This document shows, piece after piece, positions 52,809-62,952 of a stretch of DNA of 64,000 nt. The number at the start of each line of letters is the position of its first letter. Within the stretch, counting starts at the first letter, position 1. The position numbers were made by a program, and so were the translations under genes. The stretch covers positions 24,613 through 88,612 of the forward strand of contig CALSSJ010000020.1 of the NCBI GenBank assembly GCA_943788985.1, read 5' to 3'. The DNA comes from an uncultured Lentisphaerales bacterium (GTDB lineage: Bacteria; Verrucomicrobiota; Lentisphaeria; JABSQK01; UBA12247). The notes under the pieces are model-generated. The model was not told the origin of the DNA. It did not search any database and saw only the letters and a list, made by a program, of their open reading frames with translations.

Positions 52809-54698
52809 ATGGCACGCAAGGCCCGACGCAGCCGAGTTGCCCGCGAAGCAGCACCGCCTGACATCTCACTCGGGGGCATGTCGGAGCGCGCCTTTCTGGC
52901 GCTCGCCCTCGGCTCACTGCTGCTGGTCGCCGCCCTGATCTACGGCAAGTCCCTGCAGTTTGGCTTCACGAACTGGGACGATACCAAGCTGATCGTAGAC
53001 AACCCTGGGATTCGCTCCCTCTCCGGCGACAGCCTGAGCACCATGTTTTCCCTGCAGAAGGGCCGGACCTTTCAGCCGATTCGCGAGCTGAGCTATGCGC
53101 TGGACTACGCCATGTGGGGACTGCGACCCGGCCCATACCATGCGGTAAACGTGCTGCTGCATGCCCTCGGTTCATGCCTGCTTTTTCTTTGGTTCGCACG
53201 TGTGATCCCTGCATTTCTGCCGAGTTGGCACCGCGCGCAGACCCGATTGGCTGCGTGGTTCGGGGCCATGCTGTTTGCCGTGCACCCGGTCCACGTCGAA
53301 GCAGTCGCCTGGGCCTCATCCCGCAAGTATGGCCTGTTAATTGTCTTTACAGCACTTGCCGCGCTCGTACACTGGCAGGCGCGCGAACGCGAAGGAGCCA
53401 GCAAGTACGGGCTGTGGGCAGCATCACTCGTAGCAGCGGTCCTGGCCATGCTTTCCAGCCCGGTCGGTGTGGTCGTCCCCACGCTGATTATCTTGACCGA
53501 CTTGGTGCTTGACCGCTTGGCAGCCGTCCGCAAGCGCTGGCCAGCCTATCTCGCCTACCTGCTCTGCAATGCCTTCCTTACCCTGGCCTTGGTGGGAGTC
53601 CTTACCGAAGGCGAGGGCAAGACTGCCCGCACGCACGCCCACGGCGACGCGATAAATACGGTTTTTACTGATCTCTGGGTGCTGGTGATCTACGCGAAGA
53701 ATTTGCTTGCACCGCTGTGGTTGAACTGCCGCTACCATCACTACGTGATCGATTCGCTTACGCCGCAAGCCTGCCTCGGGCTGGCGCTTCTCGTGGCCGC
53801 GATCGCAGGCGCGGTCATACTCGCGCGAAAGGGCAATATGCTGCTTGCCTGGGCAGTGGCCTGGTTCGGCATTGCCTGGTCGCCAGTTGCGAACATCATC
53901 CCTATTTCGACCATCATGGCCGATCGCTACCTCTACCTCCCAGCGGTATCGCTCTGCGTTCTGGCTGGAATTGGTGGTGCGGCCCTGGCTCGGCGCTTTT
54001 CACCAGCCGGAGTCGCCATTCCCGCCCTTATCCTGCTCGCCTATGCGGCCGGTGCCTTTCAACGCTGCGATGTCTGGCGCGACAGCCGGGCACTCTGGAC
54101 AGACTCCATGGCCAAGGACCCAAACAGCGCCCTGCCCTATAACAATCTGGCTCTGGTCTTGGACGACGAGGGTAAGCTCGCTAAGGCTGAGGCCCTCTAT
54201 CGCAAGGCTGTCGTCTACAATCCTGACTACAAAGAAGCCTATTACAACCTAGGCCGGGCACTGGTCCAGCAGAACAAGCTGCTCGACGAAGCGATGACGC
54301 ACATCGATCGGGCCATCGAGCTTGATGCGAACTTCGCAGATGCCCACAACTACCGGGGAATCCTCCTGCGCCGCAAGGGCGAGCCTGAGCAGGCTGCACG
54401 AGCGTACGAAGCCGCACTGGCGATCCAGCCCGCTCACCATGAGGCGCTGACCAATCTGGGCAATATTCATCTCTTGGCGAATCGTCTTCAAGAAGCCGAG
54501 AGCTACTATCTTCGGGCGCTAGCGCTAGCGCCTGGCATCGCCCAGCTCCATGCTAATCTCGGCGTAATCGCGCACAAGACCGGCGATCTCGAGCTGGCCA
54601 TCTCCCGCTATAAGCAGGCTTTGGCAATCCAGCCGAACTATGAGACTGCCCAACAGAACCTGTTGAAGCTCCAAGAAGTGCTCGAAAACCCCCAATAG
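52809..54698 (+). CDS. TMTC-like GT-C membrane glycosyltransferase with TPRs (paralog of 14756..16729)
   Basis: FTNWDD, FQPIR, HAVNVLLH, HPVHVEAVAWASS, MADRYLYLP, TPR repeats. Confidence 0.87.
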   Translation: MARKARRSRVAREAAPPDISLGGMSERAFLALALGSLLLVAALIYGKSLQFGFTNWDDTKLIVDNPGIRSLSGDSLSTMFSLQKGRTFQPIRELSYALDYAMWGLRPGPYHAVNVLLHALGSCLLFLWFARVIPAFLPSWHRAQTRLAAWFGAMLFAVHPVHVEAVAWASSRKYGLLIVFTALAALVHWQAREREGASKYGLWAASLVAAVLAMLSSPVGVVVPTLIILTDLVLDRLAAVRKRWPAYLAYLLCNAFLTLALVGVLTEGEGKTARTHAHGDAINTVFTDLWVLVIYAKNLLAPLWLNCRYHHYVIDSLTPQACLGLALLVAAIAGAVILARKGNMLLAWAVAWFGIAWSPVANIIPISTIMADRYLYLPAVSLCVLAGIGGAALARRFSPAGVAIPALILLAYAAGAFQRCDVWRDSRALWTDSMAKDPNSALPYNNLALVLDDEGKLAKAEALYRKAVVYNPDYKEAYYNLGRALVQQNKLLDEAMTHIDRAIELDANFADAHNYRGILLRRKGEPEQAARAYEAALAIQPAHHEALTNLGNIHLLANRLQEAESYYLRALALAPGIAQLHANLGVIAHKTGDLELAISRYKQALAIQPNYETAQQNLLKLQEVLENPQ

Positions 54699-54768
54699 CA
54701 CCGTAAGATCGAGGCGCCTCCCCGCATTCCGGGTGGTCAGATTGTGGAAGCGAGGCACAGTGGCCGCT

Positions 54769-56192
54769 ATGCTGTTCAACTCTGTGCCATTTCTATTTTT
54801 CCTTCCCGTTGTGCTGACGCTGCTGTGGCTCCTGCGGCGCACACGGAACCCGCGACTGCTGATGTTGGTCGCGGCTTCGTTTGTCTTCTACGGCTGGTGG
54901 GATGCTAAGTACCTAGTCTTGATCCTGGCCAGCGGCTTGATCGACTTCTTCTGCGCCCAGTGGATTGGCAGCGGGGAACAACGCCGAAAGCGCTTCCTCG
55001 TGCTCTCGATTCTTGGCAACCTCGGCATTCTGGCCACGTTTAAGTATTCCCGGTTTTTTGCCCAGTCGCTTGAGAGCTTCTTGCGACTCTACGATGTAGA
55101 CGTGCAGCTCGTTGCTCAGATTCCTGCAGACGTGGTCCTGCCCGTGGGCATCAGCTTCTACACCTTTCAATCCATGAGCTACACCATCGATGTCTATCGC
55201 GGAAAGCTGGCGCCAACGCGCAATCCGCTGCTATTCTTCGGCTACATTTCTCTGTTCCCGCAGCTAGTGGCCGGTCCGATTGTTCGCGCGACGACATTGT
55301 TGCCCCAACTGGAAAAACCGCCCCGGGTTTCGTCAATAGCTGCCTGGGAAGGCTTGCGCTGGGTGGTGCAGGGCTATTTCAAAAAGACTGTGATCGCCGA
55401 TAACCTGGCACCGTATGTGGATCGCGTGTTCGGTACCCACCACAGTCTGGGTGACGCCCCACCGACTGGTGGCTGGGAGTTGCGATGTTCGCCTTGCAGA
55501 TCTATGCGGACTTCAGCGGCTACACGGTTATCGCCCGGGGCTTGGGGCGCTGGATGGGCTGCGACTTCCCGAAGAATTTCGACCGCCCGTATGCAGCGAC
55601 TAGTCTCCAGGATTTCTGGGGGCGCTGGCACATCTCGCTCTCCACCTGGTTTCGGGATTACGTGTACATCCCACTTGGCGGGTCCCAGTGCACAGCCTTG
55701 CGTAATCACTACAACCTCTGGCTCACAATGATACTCTCAGGCCTGTGGCATGGTGCCGCTTGGCCCTTCGTGATCTGGGGCGCATGGCATGCAGCCGTTC
55801 TCTCCGCAGAGCGAATCACTGGCCTACACCGACGGTTCACGGGTCCGATCGGGCTGTGCTTTCGGCGGGCAGTCACGCTGTTCGCAGTCTTTATTGGCTG
55901 GGCGATCTTTCGTGCAGAGTCGCTGGCGCAGGTGAGAGATGCCTTCATGGGAATGGCCTTTCTACGCGATCCGCCCACCGCGGGCGTGCTGATCGACATG
56001 TCCTGGCTGACCTATGCCATTCTGATAGGCTTTGTCCTGATGCAATTCGTTCATGGAATTGCCGGGCGCCTGACCGAGGCGACTCGGGAACGAATCCTGC
56101 ATTGGCTGGAGCCGCCGCTATTCGTCGCACTCGTGCTGGCGGCAATTTTTCTGCGCGGGCCCGGCCAACAATTTATCTATTTTCAGTTCTGA
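54769..56192 (+). CDS. MBOAT O-acyltransferase (AlgI-like); frameshift in a C run at about 55457-55460
   Basis: MLFNS, LPVGISFYTFQSMSY, FPQLVAGPI, FKKTVIADNL, then QIYADFSGY, FWGRWHISLS, GLWHGA, FIYFQF. Confidence 0.9.
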
Positions 56193-56202
56193 TGGGCACG
56201 AG

Positions 56203-57168
56203 ATGAATACGGCAAATGATCCCCTTTACACCGCGCCCCCCGCAACTCGCGAGAGTTGGGTGCGCCTGATCGTGACCCTCTGTGCGATTACGCTTGTCGT
56301 TGCTACAGCGGGCTACATTCGCGCCAGACAAGACGCCAAAGCTCCAGATCAACTCACCAACGTCCAGCAGCTCTTCCAGTTGAAAACTTTCGCTTCTTCC
56401 AGCCATGATCTGGTGCTCGTGGGAGACTCCCGCGTCTATCGCGGCGTCTCGCCGGATGCGATGCGAGACGTCCTGCCAGAACTCCGGATTCTAAACATGG
56501 GCTTTTCCAGCGGTGGGATGAGTGATCCGCTGCTCGCTGCCGCGCAGGCAAAGCTGGACCGCGCAAGTTCACAACAGACCATCGTCCTGGGTGTAACCCC
56601 ATTCTCTCTGACTCCGGAGGCGGTAGCAAACGAGCACTGGCATAGCTGTAATCGCCGAGGTCCCGGGAGCGCCGTGCAGCACGCCGGTCTGCGGTCTGCA
56701 CTTAAGGCATTTCGCCCCGTAGTAGAACCGCCGATTCCCGGTGTGCCATCTCCGAATTCAGCTCAATATCTGCAAAAATATTATGCCGATGGCTGGGTGG
56801 CGAGCAAGATGGTGCCGCCGCAGCCGCAGAGCGCTCTGCGCCAGTACCAAGACAATTTCTCGCGCTCTCAAGTAGACCCCGCCGTGCTCGCGGCGCTTTG
56901 CCAGAAAGTGACCACCTGGCGGGAAGCCGGGATCCGTGTCTTCGCCTTCCGACCGCCGACCACGGACGAGATGCTGGAGCTCGAAGACGAGCTCAGCGGC
57001 TACGTCGAGGAAGATGTGCGCCAGGCCCTTGAAGCAGCGGGTGCAGATTGGCTCGATTTTTCTGGCGAGTTCTACCTCAGTTATGACGGGAGTCACCTGA
57101 GCAGCGATGACGCGATCCGCTTTTCTCAAGATTTGGCAAAGCGAATTTCCTCGCGATATCCTCGCTGA
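56203..57168 (+). CDS. SGNH/DltD-like periplasmic acyltransferase partner
   Basis: N-terminal TM; LVGDSR and DGSHL motifs; directly follows the MBOAT gene. Confidence 0.75.
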   Translation: MNTANDPLYTAPPATRESWVRLIVTLCAITLVVATAGYIRARQDAKAPDQLTNVQQLFQLKTFASSSHDLVLVGDSRVYRGVSPDAMRDVLPELRILNMGFSSGGMSDPLLAAAQAKLDRASSQQTIVLGVTPFSLTPEAVANEHWHSCNRRGPGSAVQHAGLRSALKAFRPVVEPPIPGVPSPNSAQYLQKYYADGWVASKMVPPQPQSALRQYQDNFSRSQVDPAVLAALCQKVTTWREAGIRVFAFRPPTTDEMLELEDELSGYVEEDVRQALEAAGADWLDFSGEFYLSYDGSHLSSDDAIRFSQDLAKRISSRYPR

Positions 57169-57217
57169 GCCAGCAGCCTTTCCTTGCGCGTGTCCCGTGG
57201 GTGACTACAGTCCGGGC

Positions 57218-59104
57218 ATGCCTGCTAAATTCTTGCTCTTCGTCTTGGTTTCCATTCCTGCTCTCTGGGCGTGGGAAACTGTCACCCCGGAAGATCCGTA
57301 CCCCGATCTACTGGCGGAACGTCGGCTGTATCCAGATGTTCGGGCACTCTGGCAGGAGGGCCCTTTTCCAGAGCGAACGTTTATCTTTTGGCTGCCGCAC
57401 AAAGTCGCCACGAGCGAGGATCTCGAGTCTCAACGGTTACACTTCTCGCTGGCGGATAATCCCTTTATGCGCTCACGCATCGTCTGGGAACTCGGCGAGT
57501 GCAAGAATCGCCAGGCGTTGTCGGTGCTAGAAGAGCAACTCGCTCGCGAGACGGACCTGAAAGTCGTACGGGATATTTTGAACACCTTCCACCGCTTTGG
57601 CGCCGAGGTCGAGATTCCGAATCTACAGACCTTTCTACAGCAGAGTGACTGGTACTTGCGGCGTGCCGCAGTGCGCGTCGGTGCCAGCGCCGGGTTGCTG
57701 GACTGCGCTGCCCTGCAGGCATTCACCACTGACCCGCAGCCACATGTGGCCATAGCCGCCTGGAAGGCGCTCGTAGACTGCGAGCCCCCAAAACTTGCCG
57801 CTGTTTGGCAACAGCCGCTTACCGGGAACGATGCGCAGTTGATCGGCATCGCCCTGCAAGGACTGGCACGCTCACCAGACCGCGCAGAGTTAAACGACAC
57901 AGTCACGCGCCTGGCCACTGCCCAATCACCTGCAGTGCGTGGACAAGTTGCGAAGTTCGCAATCCAACCAGGCGAGTTAGGCGAACAACTGCTGCGCACG
58001 CTAAGCCAAGATGCGAACTCCGCAATTCGGGCGTTGGCGGCGGACGCCGGCGGCAGGCTCTCATCGGACGCTGCGTTGGAAGTGGTGCTGGCTTTGTTGG
58101 TGCACGACCCAGAGCGGGATGTGCGACTGGCCGCGTCAAAGTCCTTAGGCTTCTTCAATGTTCCGGTCGCGCGAGACGCGCTGATGAATCTGACCGGTGA
58201 CCCTGAGAGTGCTCGCGTGCGGCGCGCGGCGGCCGACGCCCTGATGAAGCACAGCCGGGATGCAGTCGATACGCTCTGCGGTGCCTTTATTGACGACGAC
58301 AACGAGCACCGCCGCTTCCACTGCTTTCAGATCTTGCGCGCCATCCAGTCCGCGCAGTATGGCTCGCAGCTTGCTGCCCGCTTGCCAGAAGAGAGCGGTG
58401 AAACCCTCGCGGCCTTGATCGACACCGTCAGGTTGGCTGACTACAGAAAGGCAAAGGATGCGTTGCTGGCCCATACCGAGACCGATGACGCAGCCACACA
58501 GATTGCACTACTAAAGGCTATTTCTGCGCTGCAGTTCACGGAGGGTTTGAGCTGGGCGCGGGACCACGCCGTAAGCATGGACAATGCCACTGATGTGCGA
58601 GTGACCGCACTGCACACTCTTGGCGCGCTGAGAGACCCTGACTGCGCAGCGACCATCATGGCGATTTTCAAGCAGTGCAACCTCGACGACACAACCTCGG
58701 GAGCAACACGCGCCGCCGCTGCCTGGGCCGCCTCACGCCTGCCAGAGACGTCGAATGCCCTGCGCACGCGGATGCTCAACCACGTCCGCCGCCCTGTTCT
58801 CAAATCACCCGAAGGCCCGATGTTCGACATGGCGATCGCCCGGGTGGCCTGCACCTTCGCACTCATAGACCTAGCCAAGGCCGAGCACGGCAATGCCGCC
58901 CTGAGCGCCCGCAAAGCGATTGCTCAGCTCCGTGTCGATCACAAGGCACCGGACGCGGCCAAGATGCAGATTGGCCTGGTGGAGAATCTCTACGGGTATC
59001 AGGCGCAGCAGTATTGGGATAACGGGCCGGTCACGCTGACCGACTTTCCTGTTTCACGATATACATTCAGCCTGCAGAGGCTCAGAAAATTAGGACAGCG
59101 ATAA
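57218..59104 (+). CDS. HEAT-repeat protein with signal peptide
   Basis: Repeated D.....VR..AA..LG helices (e.g. HDPERDVRLAASKSLG). Confidence 0.75.
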   Translation: MPAKFLLFVLVSIPALWAWETVTPEDPYPDLLAERRLYPDVRALWQEGPFPERTFIFWLPHKVATSEDLESQRLHFSLADNPFMRSRIVWELGECKNRQALSVLEEQLARETDLKVVRDILNTFHRFGAEVEIPNLQTFLQQSDWYLRRAAVRVGASAGLLDCAALQAFTTDPQPHVAIAAWKALVDCEPPKLAAVWQQPLTGNDAQLIGIALQGLARSPDRAELNDTVTRLATAQSPAVRGQVAKFAIQPGELGEQLLRTLSQDANSAIRALAADAGGRLSSDAALEVVLALLVHDPERDVRLAASKSLGFFNVPVARDALMNLTGDPESARVRRAAADALMKHSRDAVDTLCGAFIDDDNEHRRFHCFQILRAIQSAQYGSQLAARLPEESGETLAALIDTVRLADYRKAKDALLAHTETDDAATQIALLKAISALQFTEGLSWARDHAVSMDNATDVRVTALHTLGALRDPDCAATIMAIFKQCNLDDTTSGATRAAAAWAASRLPETSNALRTRMLNHVRRPVLKSPEGPMFDMAIARVACTFALIDLAKAEHGNAALSARKAIAQLRVDHKAPDAAKMQIGLVENLYGYQAQQYWDNGPVTLTDFPVSRYTFSLQRLRKLGQR

Positions 59105-59119
59105 GCGCAGGAGGCTTTC

Positions 59120-60496
59120 ATGGCTCTTTGGAGTGGACGATTTTCAGATAGACCCGACGACTTGGTGATGCAACTCAGCGAGTCGGTTTCATACGATAAA
59201 CGACTTTATGCCCAAGACATCCGTGGCACCAAGGCACATGTCTCGATGCTCGCGCGTCAAGGGATTGTCAGTCAGGATGACGCCGACGCGATCTGCCATG
59301 GCTTGGATGCCATCCAAAAGGAAATCGAAGCAGGCGAGTTCACTTTTGACATCGAGCTGGAAGATGTCCACATGAACATTGAGTCGGCTCTTATTCGCCG
59401 GCTCGGCGATATTGGCGCGCGCGTGCATGCCGGGCGCAGCCGCAATGACCAAGTCGCCACCGACATGCGGCTTTATTTACGAGAGGAGGCCGCCAACGTC
59501 CGCACCCTGATCCGTGGCGTACAGCGCGCACTTGTCGGCGTCGGCGAGCGCTATAAAGACGCGATAATGCCGGGCTTCACCCACCTGCAGTACGCCCAGC
59601 CTGTGCTCCTAGCCCATCACGTACTAGCCTACGTAGAGATGTTGGAGCGGGACCATCAGCGCATCGGCGAGTGCGCTGCAAGAATGAACAGCCTGCCGCT
59701 TGGCTCAGGCGCGCTCGCGGGCTCGAGCCTGCCGCTTGATCGCGAGTCGGTCGCCAAGGACCTCGGATTTTCCTCGGTCTCGCAGAACAGCATGGACGCG
59801 GTCTCCGATCGAGATTTCATGGTGGAAATGCTGGCAGACCTCTCGCTGCTCATGATGCACATGTCTCGCCTCTCCGAGGATCTAATCTTCTGGGTCTCGC
59901 AGGCCTGTGGTTTCATTCAGCTTGGCGATCAATTCTGCACCGGCTCCAGCCTGATGCCCCAGAAGAAGAATCCAGACATCTGTGAGCTCACCCGCGGCAA
60001 GACCGGACGTGTTTATGGTAGCTTGGTCGGCTTGTTTACTGTCATGAAGGGCTTGCCTCTGTGCTACAACCGCGACATGCAAGAAGACAAGGAAGGGCTG
60101 TTCGACGCGCTTGACACCGCCCGTCTCGTTCTGGCCACCTATGCGCCCATGCTGGACACCCTGCAAGCAAACGAAGAGCGCATGCTAGCTTGCGCGAGTG
60201 ATCCCATGCTGATGGCTACCGACCTAGCCGAATGGCTGGTGGCAGACGGCATGCCATTTCGGCAGGCACACGAGCGGGTCGGCAAGCTGGTCGGTTGGTC
60301 GCAGGCCAACAATGTGCCGCTGGACCAGATCCCGCTGGACCAAATGCAGGAATTGATTCCCGAAGCACGGCAAGAGTGCCTGGCCTTGTTTGACCCGTCA
60401 CGCAGCGTACACGCCCGCGACCTAGTCGGCGGAACGGCCCCAGCCCAAGTCCATGCGCAACTCGCGTCCTGGCGGCAAATCTTCGACAGTGAGTGA
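59120..60496 (+). CDS. argH: Argininosuccinate lyase
   Basis: LWSGRF, GRSRNDQV, MPGFTHLQ, TGSSLMPQKKNPD, YNRDMQEDK. Confidence 0.97.
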   Translation: MALWSGRFSDRPDDLVMQLSESVSYDKRLYAQDIRGTKAHVSMLARQGIVSQDDADAICHGLDAIQKEIEAGEFTFDIELEDVHMNIESALIRRLGDIGARVHAGRSRNDQVATDMRLYLREEAANVRTLIRGVQRALVGVGERYKDAIMPGFTHLQYAQPVLLAHHVLAYVEMLERDHQRIGECAARMNSLPLGSGALAGSSLPLDRESVAKDLGFSSVSQNSMDAVSDRDFMVEMLADLSLLMMHMSRLSEDLIFWVSQACGFIQLGDQFCTGSSLMPQKKNPDICELTRGKTGRVYGSLVGLFTVMKGLPLCYNRDMQEDKEGLFDALDTARLVLATYAPMLDTLQANEERMLACASDPMLMATDLAEWLVADGMPFRQAHERVGKLVGWSQANNVPLDQIPLDQMQELIPEARQECLALFDPSRSVHARDLVGGTAPAQVHAQLASWRQIFDSE

Positions 60497-61100
60497 GTAC
60501 CCGGAAGCAATTGATCGCTTGACCGAGACCCTAAACGGTCTGCCAGGCATTGGTAAACGCAACGCCGAACGCCTGGCAATGGCACTCTTTGGCTGGAACC
60601 AGGATCGGCTTGCGGACTTCGCAGAACAGGCAGCCAGTCTACACGAGCGGGTTTTCACCTGTGAAGCCTGCGGACACCTTGCGGACGGCGAACGCTGTCG
60701 CTACTGCCTGGACCCGACCAGAGACCCGGCGGTCATTGCCGTAGTCGAGGATGCCAAACAGGTCATTGCCATCGAGAAGAGCCACATGTTTCGTGGCCTC
60801 TATCACGTGCTAGGAGGAAAATTCTCGCCGCTGGACGGGGTGGAGATTGAGGATTTGAACGTGGAGTCCCTGTACGAACGGCTTGACCAAGGCAAGGTCC
60901 GGGAAGTCATCCTGGCGACTAGCCCCGATGTGGACGGAGAGGCGACAGCCTCGTACCTGGCGAACCTGCTGGCAGAACGATTTCCCCAGCTCTCGCTTTC
61001 ACGGATCGCCACCGGCCTGCCAGTAGGCTCAGATCTGTCGTATGCGGACTCCGCCACCATGGCCTCGGCGCTGTCCTCGCGCCGCACATTCGAGACTTGA
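60489..61100 (+). CDS. recR: Recombination mediator RecR
   Basis: LPGIGKRNAERLA, C4 zinc finger, YHVLGG, DGEATA, LSYADSATM; GTG start at 60489. Confidence 0.95.
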   Translation: MSEYPEAIDRLTETLNGLPGIGKRNAERLAMALFGWNQDRLADFAEQAASLHERVFTCEACGHLADGERCRYCLDPTRDPAVIAVVEDAKQVIAIEKSHMFRGLYHVLGGKFSPLDGVEIEDLNVESLYERLDQGKVREVILATSPDVDGEATASYLANLLAERFPQLSLSRIATGLPVGSDLSYADSATMASALSSRRTFET

Positions 61101-61130
61101 GCCCGACCATCTGAGAACCCGGAGAGTAGT

Positions 61131-62210
61131 ATGAAGCAGCGAGCATTGGAACTGCTGGAGTCCTGTACCCAAGCCTTTGGCGTATCCAGCGACGAAGGGC
61201 CGATTCGCGCCCTGATCGCGGAGGAGCTTGGAGCTCCGATTGACTACGATAGAATGGGTAACCTCTATCATCGGCAGCCGGGGAAAGGTAAGGATGCGCC
61301 TGTCGTCATGGTGGAAGCACACATGGACGAAATCGGTTTCATGATCCGCACAATCACGCCTGACGGCTATTTGAAGTTCGTCACGCTCGGCGGCTGGTGG
61401 GGGCACGTGCTGCTGGCCCAACGCGTGCGAATCCGCACTCGGGCAGGTGACTATATCATCGGTGTGATCTCGTCCACACCGCCGCACCAACTGGGCCCGG
61501 CCCAGAAAGATAAGGTCATGAAGATCGACCACATGTGCATTGATGTCGGCGCCACGAGCGCGGATGATGTGCGCGAGCGGTTTGGGATTGATGTCGGAGA
61601 CACCGCAGTGCCAGACGCACCGTTCTCTCAGCTCCAGAACCCAGATATGCTGTTGAGCAAGGCGTTTGATAACCGGGTCGGTGTCTCGATGATGATTCAG
61701 ACCGCTGAAGAGATGCGCTCACGCAAGCACAGCGCCAAATTGGTCTCTGTGGCAGCCGTCCAAGAAGAACTCGGCACTCGTGGCGCCCAAGTCGCGGGCC
61801 GGGTGTTGCAGCCTGACGTGGCGATCGTGCTGGAGGGACCACCGGCCGACGATCTCCTGGGCATGCCCGTAGCTGAGCAACAAGGTGCCTTGGGCAAAGG
61901 CCCGCAGCTGCGACTGATGGATCCGACCGCAGTGATGAACCGAGGCCTGGTGGATTTCGTGCGGGACGTGGCAAAGGCAGAGGACATTCCACTGCAGCTT
62001 GCTGTCCGCAACAGTGGCGGCACGGATGCTCGCGCCCTGCAAGTGCATGGTCGGGGCGTTCCGACCATCGTCCTAGGCGTACCAGCCCGCTACATCCACA
62101 CCCACAACGCCATGATCCACCTGGAGGACTACCTGCAAAGCGTGCGCCTACTTATCGCCGTGCTTGAGAAGCTTGATCGCAAAGCCGTCGAGTCATTCTT
62201 TACGTTTTAG
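61131..62210 (+). CDS. M42 family metallopeptidase
   Basis: AHMDEIG, KAFDNRVG, VQEELGTRGA, GGTDA, RYIHTH. Confidence 0.94.
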   Translation: MKQRALELLESCTQAFGVSSDEGPIRALIAEELGAPIDYDRMGNLYHRQPGKGKDAPVVMVEAHMDEIGFMIRTITPDGYLKFVTLGGWWGHVLLAQRVRIRTRAGDYIIGVISSTPPHQLGPAQKDKVMKIDHMCIDVGATSADDVRERFGIDVGDTAVPDAPFSQLQNPDMLLSKAFDNRVGVSMMIQTAEEMRSRKHSAKLVSVAAVQEELGTRGAQVAGRVLQPDVAIVLEGPPADDLLGMPVAEQQGALGKGPQLRLMDPTAVMNRGLVDFVRDVAKAEDIPLQLAVRNSGGTDARALQVHGRGVPTIVLGVPARYIHTHNAMIHLEDYLQSVRLLIAVLEKLDRKAVESFFTF

Positions 62211-62353
62211 ATACAACAGCAGACACGGACTGCCCGAGGGCCGAAGGTCCCCCGTAGGGAACGACAGAGCACGCCGAGTTGGATAGGGGGTAAGCGCATG
62301 ACGCTTTTTACTTGGAAGTTGGGACTTCTCTGTTCGCTGTTGGAAATTAAAAT

Positions 62354-62450
62354 CTATTTCGACGTTCTAACGTAGCTACCGTCCCAGTCTTCGGGCGGGG
62401 GAGTCTCTTGGTAGGTGACGACCCACTCGCGCAGAGCGCTACCCAGCGAA
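62354..62450 (-). pseudogene. C-terminal remnant of a CHASE2-type adenylate/guanylate cyclase
   Basis: Manual translation PSLGSALREWVVTYQETPPPEDWDGSYVRTSK*, matching the characteristic PPPxDWDGxxxxTSK tail. Confidence 0.6.
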
Positions 62451-62490
62451 GGCGCACGATGGAGAATCCGGCTGATCGCACGGGCTGTGT

Positions 62491-62949
62491 TTATTCGCTG
62501 TAGCGCCGAATCATGACCACGCCAAAAATCGTACAGGTGACCCCCATGAGCACCAAACCGACGACGGCTGCGGCAGCCAAAATCCAGACGGGTGAATCCA
62601 GTGAGTTCCGACTAAGTGAGCCGATTAAAACGCCGAATAAAGGTCCGATCAATGCAGCAAAACAAAGGCCATGCATTGCGAGCTTTGCCTTGGGATCTGC
62701 GGAGATAGCAAACCCCAGCCAAACACCGACCGCGGCAACAAATGCCGCACCGAGCCCTGCTCCAGCCAGCCCGATGCTGATGATATGGACCGCGATTTCA
62801 GTCGGGCCCGGCCCCTGTGCGCCCAGGCCCGCTGCAATGTAGCCGATCGCAGCCCCGGAAATCGCACCAGACAGCGCCCCAAGAATTCCGCCTGTGAAGA
62901 CACCGCCGCCGACGCTGATCATTGGATGAATGTGGAAGTGGTCGCTCAT
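62491..62949 (-). CDS. Hypothetical Gly/Ala-rich membrane protein
   Basis: 152 aa with about four hydrophobic segments; starts 3 nt after the upstream stop. Confidence 0.6.
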   Translation of the reverse strand: MSDHFHIHPMISVGGGVFTGGILGALSGAISGAAIGYIAAGLGAQGPGPTEIAVHIISIGLAGAGLGAAFVAAVGVWLGFAISADPKAKLAMHGLCFAALIGPLFGVLIGSLSRNSLDSPVWILAAAAVVGLVLMGVTCTIFGVVMIRRYSE

Positions 62950-62952
62950 GGC